From assembly GCA_051294375.1 (NCBI GenBank), contig CM119263.1:1691664-1755663 (forward strand): 64,000 bases of DNA, given 5' to 3'. The notes under the pieces are model-generated. The model was not told the origin of the DNA. It saw only the letters and a list, made by a program, of their open reading frames with translations, and made no database searches. Positions 15,801 through 25,720 of this stretch are shown here, piece by piece. Positions within the stretch are counted from its first letter, which is position 1; every line of letters starts with the position of its first letter. Source of the stretch: Paraspadella gotoi. Taxonomy: Eukaryota > Animalia > Chaetognatha. The position numbers were made by a program, and so were the translations under genes.

Positions 15801-16516
15801 TGAGTCTTGGTTGTTGAGAAAGAAGATAATCTTTTACGCATATATGATTCCTGATAAATATTACTGGTAATAAATTATTATTATTATTTAATTGTGATTA
15901 AACTTTCTTTCGTTTGTGTTTTAAGATAATTGAAAAAAAAGCAACTGATGAAGGCCTTGAATGAAAAGCCGAAACTTGTCTGTACAATAAAATAAAATCG
16001 TTTGCTGTATCAAGACTTTGGTCTTTAGTTTCAATTATTATTATTATATATAATTTTATGAAATTGATACAACCAAATAAAAATTATTCCATTAATTTAA
16101 TTAAATAGCTATCTTTTCCCCTGACTTTGGACAGGCTTTGGTGTGGTTTAAGCCTCCATCACTCTTACAAGATAATGACATCAGGTCCCTGCAAGCTTTC
16201 AATCAAAGACTCTCTCATAGTCTCTTTTATTTACTGCCCAGAAGCACCTGGCTTCTACTATCAATAAGTGAGAAAATAGTATTATTTGTTCCTCTGATCT
16301 CTCGATTGAGTTCCTTTGACCTCGTGAGTCTGATGATCTTTTGTTTCTTTAATCACAGATTTTGGTGATTTTGTATTCACAGGAGATCGGCACGGACAGA
16401 GCGCTACTTCTCTCACCAGCGACACGATGATGAAATACATGGGGCCTCCAAACTCGGTCGGTCCCGCTCTCAAACTCTGCAACATAATCGAGAAGCTCAA
16501 GAAAGGAAGGATGTGA
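9411..16516 (+). CDS. Scm: Polycomb group Sex comb on midleg (Scm/SCMH1/SCML-like) protein with SLED and C-terminal SAM domains; multi-exon, 5' end not located
   Basis: AG/GT-bounded exons at 9411-9646, 10030-10219, 10704-10752, 10887-11072, 11386-11462, 11585-11708, 12178-12357, ~15491-15799 and 16383-16516. The spliced product VCVYVNHSCQCGPFLNPRKVATLPSRFGPSSLHRVLREAVQAIVDCAYQEKAVF...FWGFLESLFDDMMCCDSFFSSQP matches the SLED (DUF3588) domain. After correcting apparent indels, the last exons give WSIEDV...LFRKH/EIDG.ALLLL.SDTMMKYMGLKLGPALKLCNIIEKLK, an Scm-type SAM domain. No MBT repeats are visible, and at least one exon falls in an N gap. Confidence 0.88.
13010..14800 (+). pseudogene. Indel-rich second copy of Scm exons 10704-12357 (probably redundant raw-read or haplotype sequence)
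   Basis: Colinear near-identity to 10654-12400, introns included, with many 1-bp indels. Preceded by N gaps and bounded by (GAT)n tracts. Confidence 0.75.
16071..16225 (+). repeat. Dispersed ~155-bp repeat family member
   Basis: CCCCTGACTTTGGACAGGCTTTGGTG...CACTCTTACAAGATAATG...AAGCTTTCAATC..GACTCTCTCA.AGTCTC. Also at 50114-50270, at 61591-61696 (truncated), and reversed and diverged at ~23501-23580 and ~34728-34805. Confidence 0.85.
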
Positions 16517-17614
16517 ACAAACAAACAAACGAATCTATTTAAACGAACAATAAACAATAAACAGCGGAGACAATGAAACGACAAGATGAAAAAATAAATT
16601 GTACATGCGAAAAAAAAAATCTTCCGTGAAGATTTTGATTGTATTTAAGTATTATAATACTTAAATATCTTAATATTAAGATAGAAAAAAAGTAAATCAA
16701 TTAACCGACTTGTTTTTTCCCCGATCGTCATATAAAAAAGAAGAAAAACCCCGATTCCCTCTTTGTTCTTAGTTCGTATTATAAATCGTTTGATATTTAC
16801 CTTAGAACATATTCGTAGCTGACTTTAAAAAAGAAATCGTGCGTATTTTAAGGCCGAATAACACCCCGATTATCACCCCCGATATCAACCCCGTTATTAT
16901 TGAAATCCCTCCCCTATCAATTTATTTTCGTTATTTTAAATTTTCGATGAATTATACAATGCATTGTATTTTCTTTTCTCATTCATTGTCATCGTATTGT
17001 TTATAAATAATTCCAGAGACAAGATGTTAAATTCATCGAACGATTGATTGACCGCAAAACTCGAAAAGAGATTTCTTTTCGTAGTTATTTCTTTTGTCTT
17101 ACTTTCGTCTTCAGGGTATTACTACAAAACGACGCCGAATTTTAAAATCATTATAATATTTTTTTTTCGTTGTCTCTCAATCAATAACAGTAAAGGATTG
17201 TTTTTGTTTTTATGTTTTTTTTTTCACTTTTTCTCGTGACTTGATTTCAAAATAGAATCGAGATCTCCAAAGTAAATATCGTTATTTTTTAAAGAAAAAG
17301 TAGATAATTACTAGTTTTACCAAGGTAAGCACAAATTCGCAAAATACATACAAAACAAAAATAAAAAAGCTAAGCCTTCCATAGCATATAACTAGTTAAG
17401 ACCATTATCCTTTACTAAATGTTAAAAATACAACCAGGTACTCACATTTTATACATCTTCGTTCAATCTTTTGTTTTTTTTCTCCAATGGCAAGGATTCC
17501 TTTACGAACTAGTAGCGACGCCACCAGCGATTTACAAAAAAATAATAATGAAACAAAAGGTTAATAAATCGAGGTCTTATCCTTTACTCCAAGCGCTAAC
17601 TTGCGCTTCTTTAT

Positions 17615-19715
17615 GAAGTTTGATTCATTCGCCGCGAAATTCAGAAATCATGATCAACGGACATGAGAGGTTTGTTTAACTTTTTATTCATTGCTTAATT
17701 AGTTTACTCATTAATTAATATATCTATTGTATTTATATATTTAAATTTATTTATTTATTTATTTCTACTATGTCATATGACCGCGCACGAACGTTCCAGT
17801 CGTCGAACTCCCTTCACTGATCGTCCGGCGAGACAGAGTCGCCACGACTCCAACAACGGGAAGCATCGAGTCAAACGGAACCAAGAGGTCACTTTGATGG
17901 GGTCATTGTGTTCATTGATAGGGTCACTTTGATCGGGTCATTGTGGTCTCGTTATCTGTGACCAAAATTTTGAGCCGAACAATAAACAGAATGTGTTTTC
18001 TTTATAGTAATATCCTTATTTTATGAATTCATAAAATTTCAAAATTATTATTTTTTTTAACCAGAAGAAAATGAAGAAAACTATAGTAAAATAAGTTTAT
18101 GATATTATAATGTTAACTCAAAAAATGACAAAGTTTTAAGCATTAATAATATTAGAGAATTTTAAACTATTTTATTTTTGTTTTTGAATCGCCAAAGACA
18201 TCGGAATTTTTCGTTAAAATTTATGAGGGAAACTGAATCTCAACATTTTGAAAATTGACTATTTTATAAGGATATTATTTCAAATGTATAGTGATTTTTT
18301 GTTTTGGATGCCTTCAGAATAACAATAAAACATTTCTTGTACTTCAATAATTATAACACTCCACTGTTAATTTCATTGTAGACATATTTAAAATAAAGAG
18401 GAGCTCCAAATCTATTGCCTCATGCTGCTGGGCCATTGTGGTGAATGGTGAGGTCTTGGGTTTGTTGATTCGGAGGTGAGTGTTGAGACGTGCATGGGGG
18501 ACGGTCTTGTTATAAGAAGGAGAGAGCGCCGAAGGGGGTGGGGGCAGGTATGGCAGTGTGTTTGATTTTAGGTCAAGTAGATTTATTCGGCCTCGTTACT
18601 TTGTAAACGGAAAATGATAAGTATCAACTCCAAGGTGCTTCGGATGTTTTTTTTTTTTCTTCAAATATCTGATTGGTCAAATAGGTCAATGATCCCCTTG
18701 GTCTTGTAAGAGATGGTATGATGTACTAATATTTAGTTCCGACTTTATAGTCAGCTCCATTCTACTCACGACCTCCCGCTTCCTCTACCGCGTTCACAGA
18801 TCCCACAGTCTCTGCGAGTGTTTCTTCTCAAGAACAGTCTCAACTCGCGTACGGGAAGCGACACGTACATCCCCGGAATTCCGACTCATTGGCGTGCAAC
18901 GCGGTGGTCCTCTCACTCGAGTTCGGTCGGACTCGAACCGGGTAAGAATTTGGAATGAAAGAAGACTGAATTTAGAGCAAACCAAGTTAGGGACTGGTTA
19001 TAAGGGCAAACTCAGTGTTGACTTGATTTTAAGAGCAAACCAGCTAAGTGAGTTGTTAAAGGGTGCAAACAAGATGAGATTCTGGTTTAGATGTTAAACT
19101 GAGTCAGGACTGATTTAAAGTAGAGCATACCAGGTAAAAGGCTAGATGAAGAGCAAAAATTTGAGGCCCCTACATCATTTTACGGGGCTCCATCTAACCT
19201 CATCTAATCCAATTTACGCGCATTGTTCATGCACAACTCTGATCTTGATCGCGCTTGACTGCTGCTTGTCAGTCTTACTTTTTTGCTTGTTTGCTTGTAC
19301 TGTTTCTCTCGCTGGGCCTCTGTCGCCTCCAGATTTTTGTTACTCTAACACCGTTATTGTTTTAATTATTATACAAATTAGTCGATTAATAATCGAATCA
19401 AATGATCTCTTTATTTTGCCTCAGAATCGTTTCCGTTAGTCCTGACATCGAGGCTTACGATCTCATTCCTCTCAATCACTACAACCAGAACAGCAACAAC
19501 AATCTCAACGTCAATCAGGTCTTCACTTTTCACAGTTGTTCACAGTTGTTCACAGTTGTTCACAGTTGTTCACAGTTGTTCACAGTTGTCACGTCGAATT
19601 TAATTCAATTCAATTCTTTTCGCCTCAGAACAACAACGAAAATTCCCGACGACCGAGTCGAGGATATCCGGGTGAGTCGAGATTCCCGGATGTAATTGAA
19701 TAAAAGGAAAAATAT

Positions 19716-19775
<60 letters not shown>

Positions 19776-19933
19776 CGATGATGACGATGATGATGATGAT
19801 GATGTTGATGAGACCTGGTTAAAAATAATGATGTCCATGATTAACCTGACAGCGCGAAACTTGATCACGGAAGACGAGAGGGCCTCCTTGTTGTCCGCTG
19901 TGCCAAGTCCAATGGCGGTATTAATCTTCTCTT

Positions 19934-19964
<31 letters not shown>

Positions 19965-20088
19965 AAATAATTTCCCATCACTGTTCCAGGAGATCATGGA
20001 GATCGGCGACATCAGGCGTCGTTCCCTGAACCGCGCCAGGCGCTGCCCGGGGATGTACGACATCCGGGCTTCCGTTCTCGCCATGTAA
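17615..20088 (+). CDS. Uncharacterised multi-exon gene; 3' exons well supported, 5' extent uncertain
   Basis: Phase-consistent exons at ~19425-19518 ([31 protein letters not shown]), 19629-19671 (NNNENSRRPSRGYP), ~19853-19917 (ARNLITEDERASLLSAVPSPMA) and 19990-20088 ([32 protein letters not shown]-stop). Candidate upstream exons at ~18800-18941 and ~17.6-17.9 kb. No family recognised. Confidence 0.55.
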
Positions 20089-20537
20089 CCACATCCGGGT
20101 CTTTGATATGGAAATTCAACGACATCCGGGTCTTTAATTTGGATATGCGACGACAACCGTGATTTCGATGTGTATGTTAAACGACATCCGGATCTGTTTG
20201 AATATCCAATGACATCCGGGTTTCCTCATCATCCTTGGCTTTCGATTTCTTTTGCCTCAGACAGAAACGTAATTCTAATATTTTCGAAAAGTCATAGATC
20301 TATTTTTAGCGTCAACTAATTATTGCCAATATTCTTGCAGAATAACTAGCATGAGATCGTTTAAAATAGCGTTTGAGCGAATAAGTATTATTTTTTAAGA
20401 AATATAGTTTTTTCACGATAATTACTGATAAGCTGTTATTTATTTATTCTCTTTCCTGCCTCAGTTAGTGTTTAGAATGACGTATAAAGTTCTGCCCAAA
20501 AATATACAATTTATAAATTAGTTTTTAAAATTTTCAA

Positions 20538-20965
20538 TTAATTCGATGTTTTAATTTGTTTCGTGTGTTTTATATCTATCATTGTTTTTCTGTTATTAAC
20601 AAAACAAGTTTTCACATTATCAGTTCTAATTGAATCAGACTTGAGGTTCCGGCAGAATTGGATTTTCTCCCACATCGACGACAATGAAATGTCTCTTCCA
20701 TTTCGCCAAATAGTCCGATCCTCTCTCCACACGTTTCCGCTGCCCTATATATATAAGTAATTAATAATCGATTAATTAATTTTAACTAATAGTTCGTTAG
20801 TATTATAAATAAACCAATAGTTTCGTTAAATCACTTTGCAGATTGTCTCTCGAGTTGTGAGTAGGAAATTTTTTTCGAGGCCCGAATCTTTTTTCTAACG
20901 CGTTTGACGTTGATCGCCCGATGGACTAAAATATTTAATCAATCAATCAATCAATCAATCCAATC

Positions 20966-21009
<44 letters not shown>

Positions 21010-22135
21010 TTATCTCTATTTAAAGTTAAACCGATATTCCGATTCGTTTACCTCGAAGTTTTTCGTTATCGGTTGCGCGTTGTTGCCCAGCGCCCTCTTC
21101 ACGGAAGCTTCGGGCGTCGAAGGTCGGCGTTCTTCGTCGCTAAGCAACGGTTTGTGTTTGAAGCGACGACTTTGAGTCCAACCGAGACAGCAAATCGGAT
21201 GGAATCACGAATTCCATTCCTTTTCTGCTCGGGGGACGAAGTTCTGGGACTGAGAGAGGGGAAAGGAGAAAGAGGGAAGAGAGATGAGGGGGGAGGAAGA
21301 GAGGGAGAGCAGGAGGAGAGGGGAAGAGAGAGAGAGAGGGGAAGAGAGAAGAGGAGGAGGAGGGAAGGAGACGACGATGAAGGACTTGATAAACTAAAAA
21401 TGTTTATGAATAAAATTTAAACTTGTGGAAATAATAAATCAATTTTAAGCCATAGGTATTTGGAGAGACAGGAGAGAAAAGACGTAAGTGGGTAAATGGT
21501 TAAAAATATTATCATCATGAAATTAATGATTTCGAAATCATCCTCAATATGAAAGAGGTTAGCAGGCAGCTCCAGTGGCGCAATCGGTTAGCGCGCCGTA
21601 CTTATATTCAGTACTTGGCGGAGAGTATGGCGGAGGTTGTGAGTCGAACCTCACCTGGAGCACTTTCCTTTTTACTTTAGAAGCATTGTAGTTTGTCAGT
21701 AATATTTTTGTATTAAATATTTTGATTTTAAGAACATTTGTTCTCAGTAATAAAAAAAAATACCGTACCAATTCCATCTACGATTCCCTTTTGCTTGGCG
21801 CGATTTCTTCGATAGGTTCTCCAAAATTCCGCTCCGAGTCGCTACCCATCTCGCGGGGATAAGACTCTTTGAGGACGGAGAGGCGCGATCGTCGACGTGT
21901 CTAGATGGCGCTATTGGATTCACAGTCTGGAGATTAAACAATGAAAAAGATAACGTATATAAATTTTAATTCTGATTAAATATAAATATTACTTTTATTT
22001 TTGGAGCGACCGAAATTCCATTGGTAACTCGTCGTCTTCCCATGAATCCATCGAATCATTGAACTTTCGTCGTTGTTTATCCTCGTTGTTGTTGTCATCG
22101 TTTTGGACGAGATTTTCAAATTCGTCCTCGAACAT
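20538..22135 (-). CDS. Uncharacterised multi-exon gene, convergent with the previous gene
   Basis: ATG at 22135 (MFEDEFENLVQNDDNNNEDKQRRKFNDSMDSWEDDELPMEF). AG/GT-bounded GC-rich exons follow at ~21768-21926, ~21051-21249 ([27 protein letters not shown]...), ~20837-20925 and ~20538-20745. Some indel corrections are needed to keep the frame. Confidence 0.45.
21569..21662 (+). tRNA. tRNA-Ile(TAT), intron-containing
   Basis: GCTCCAGTGGCGCAATCGGTTAGCGCG-CCGTA-CTTATA, then a ~20-nt intron, then ATG(G)CGGAGGTTGTGAGT(T)CGAACCTCACCTGGAGCA. This is the typical eukaryotic Ile-TAT body, with a T-run terminator downstream. Two 1-bp indels are probably read errors. Confidence 0.9.
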
Positions 22136-22869
22136 TTTGTTATTTAAGATATTTTTAAAATTAAAAACTGTGTTTCGATTTTATAAAAATGTATTTGTCA
22201 AAATGAAATAGACAATTAGACATAATTTTAAAAGTGAGGGAAATCTCTAAAAAATTTTAACGAGCTCGTCGTCTACGTTCGTCGTCGTCATCGTCGTCGT
22301 CGTCGTCTTCGATAGCGTCGCTGTCGTCATGAGCGACATCTATCGATTTTTTTCCCTTTTGCGTCGTCAGTTTGCGCGACGCGGACGATCTCCCGTCGCG
22401 AAGAAGCGACGCCACGCGGGGATGACGCGTCAACACGCGGGAGCGCTGTGTCACGCCGACACGGTGCACGTGAAAATGTTATGCGCAGCGTACGTTACGT
22501 TGTGCAATATTTAATGTTTTGTTTGCTTTATCGGTTTGATTAAAAGCCTTGATATACCATTTACGGAAAAATCCGTAACTATAAAAGTACACATTCTTCT
22601 AAAATGTAAATGCATTTTACAAAGAATGGACATGTTGCACATTCTGCAGTTTTACTTATTTTTTTGGATATTTTTGTATCAAAAATAGAATTATTTCTTT
22701 ATCTCAGTCTCTATTCAATTTTAAAATGTAGTAATTTGCTCCCTGCAATTTTTTACTCACGATTATTTCAGTTTAACAATTGGATTTTTTTTCGGGCACA
22801 AAACAATTTCATCTGTTTTTCTCTCTCTTGCTGCGAGAAAGAGAGAGAGAGGGTGAGAGAGAGAAAGAG

Positions 22870-25720
22870 AAGAGAAGAGAAGAGAAGAGAAGAGAAGAGA
22901 ATAGAATAGAATAGATAGAATAGAATAGAATAGAATAGAATAGAATAGAATGAATAGAATTAGAATTAGAATAGAATAGAATTGATAAATAGGATAGAAT
23001 AGGATAGAATAGGATAGAATATAATAGAATAGAATAGTATATAATAGAATAGAGGAGAAGAGAAGAGAAGAGAGAGAAGAGAAGAGAGAGAAGAGAATGG
23101 AATAGAAGAATAGAATAGAATAGAATAGAATAGAATAGAATAGAATAAAAAAAAAAGAAAATTAGATTAAAAGAAAGAAAAGGAAAGAAAGAAATTAGAT
23201 AAAAGAAAGAAAAAGAAAGAAAAAGAAAAAAGAAAAGAAATACACAGCGAGGGATTTAAAGCGACACAGCGGGTTTCCCTTGAATTTTCATTCTGAGAGA
23301 TTTCTCTGGCGTCGACGGGAACAAAACAAACAACAAACCAACACGACGACAGAAAAACTCTAAGATTTTTTCGAAAGATTTTTGAAGGATTTGAATCAAA
23401 TGTTCATTCATCATTATAATTTAAAATTTAGGAGTTTGCCATACCTGATTTATATAATTAGGAAAATCTTTGAAATACTGAATTATTGATAGGGTATGAA
23501 CGAGACTGTGAGGGAGTCTGATTGAAAGCTTCAGGGTCCTGCTATGATCCAATATCTCGTAAGAGTCATGGCAGGCATTCAATTTCAACGTCGCCTTTTG
23601 TGAGGCTTTTCTTCATCTTCCATTAAGTTATTTTTGCCAGTTATTACTTCCCTACGTATATTTCATTTCTAAATCTTATACAAGAAGATAATTTATGACC
23701 AATAAGTTAGTCTGTATGTATGTATTAAAAAACAAAAAAATGTATATAAATGAGTTTTGATTATTTCTCCAATAGCAATAATAGTAAATCAAGATTTAAA
23801 ATAATAACATTTTTCATTTGTGAAAGACGATATAACAGAACAAACTTAATTAATGTCTATTGGAATGTCCTAGAAGGTAAATTATATGAATCGGAGTGAG
23901 TATTTAGTTTGCATTTAAATGCTAACATTAAAGGAGAGGAATGTTTTTAAAAATATTATTCCAAACCCGGTTTTCACTGATTTATATCCGTAATCCTGTG
24001 CTGCATCGGGAGGTCTGCCGCGCCTGTCGCCGCTCCTGTCGCCGCGGCCTGTCGCCGCGTCTGTCGCTGTGCCTGGTCGCCCCGCCTGATTCCGCGCTGC
24101 CACTAAGGCGTAGTTAAAATTTTCTAAATTAAACTTTTAATTTAAAAATTCTAAAGTGAGGAACGAACAACATTATACTAATGAACATTTATGTAAATAA
24201 AAAAAATTTATAATAAATTTTTCAATTTTAGCAGTAGGCCATATTTATACTATGTACTAAACAATAAATGTTAAAAAGTTTTTTTTTTCCCCAAAAAAAA
24301 AAAAAAACCCAGTTTTTTTTTTTTTTTTTTAAAAAAAAAGGGAAAATATTTTTTTTTGGCCAGATTTTTTTGGGGATTTTTTTCGTTCATAAAAAAGTTG
24401 ATGGAAGAAATATAACCTTTTGAAAAATGTCCTTCATTAAGTGGGTCAAAAATTAGAAAAAGCTATATTTAAGCTGAACAATGTAACTTTTTATATATTA
24501 AATATAGTTTTTTTAATTTTTAACCCACTTAATGATAAGGAATTTTTAAACAATGATTTATATTCTTTTATCAAACTTTTGACGAGAATTCAAATCTTGC
24601 AATCAAAATAAGAAAAGCCTATTTGAAATTTTTTCAATTTTATAAGGATAGTACTTATATATAAAATATAGCCTACTGCAAAAAATTTAAAAAACAATAA
24701 AATTAATTTTTTTTTACAATTAAATGTTTCACTGATGGTATGTTGTTCCATTAATTGACTTTTTTTAGAATTTTTTGATAACTTTCACTACGCCTTACTG
24801 CCCACACCTTCCGAATTCACACATCGTTTATCGTAGAGAGATTTTCTGACGAAATCGCTGACGAAAGAAAACCAAATAAGGAGAAAGATGGCGACGCCAG
24901 CTGTCGAACAAGGAGAATGCTGAAGTGAAGAAAATTAAGGTGTAATGCGTGTGGATACAGTCGTTTTTGGAGAATACAGAAACCGAGGTTTAAAGCGGAA
25001 TTGATTTCTTTGTTTAGTTAACTAAACCTATTTTTCTGTATTAACCTATTTTTTATGATTTATCAAATTAAAGGGGATTTCTTAGAATGCTCACCGATCC
25101 AGAGGACGGCGTCGGCGTCCGATGTCATCGTCGACGAAGGCGTGGCCGACGAAATACGGGGACGAGCATCTCGCCCACGGCGGCGCCGAAGACGATCGTC
25201 GAGGTCATCCAGGCCGGGGTGTTGACGGAGCCTGGGGGGAGGAAGGGGGAGAATCCAAATGGATTAACTCTTCCTAACTTTTTTTCTAAAATTATTCCTC
25301 TTTTCTCTCTTTTTCTATTCTTTCTCTTCCTAAACTTTTCCTATTTTTCTTACCTCCTCATCTCTCAAGTTCTCACCTCTTTCTCTCTTCTTCCTCCTTC
25401 CCTTCTTTTTCTCCTTTCTCTCTTCTTTCCTATTACTTCTCTCCTCCCTCTTCACTCTCTTCCTCTCTCTTTCCTCACCTCTTCCTCTCTCTCTTCTTCT
25501 CTCTTTCTTCCCCCCACCCTCTCCTCTTTCCCTCTCTCCCCTTACGCTCTTCCTCTTTCTCTTCTTCTCTCTTTTTCCCCCCACCCTCTCCTCTTCCCTC
25601 TCTCTCCCCTATCACCTCTTCCTCTTCTCTCTTCTCTCTTTCTCCTCCCACCCTCTCCTCTTTCCCTCTCTCCCCTTCACCTCTCCCTCTCTCTTCTTCT
25701 TCTCTCTTTCCCCCCACCCT
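22870..25720 (+). repeat. Direct duplicate of 33845-36250 (differs mainly by the MITE)
   Basis: Colinear near-identity, including the (AATAG)n/(AAGAG)n tract and the MFSD4-like 3' exons. Confidence 0.9.

Noticed and set aside
20055-20225. CRISPR-like repeat-spacer array
   Set aside because: The context is eukaryotic, the core is only ~12 bp, spacers are short and related, and there are no cas genes. A minisatellite explains it better.
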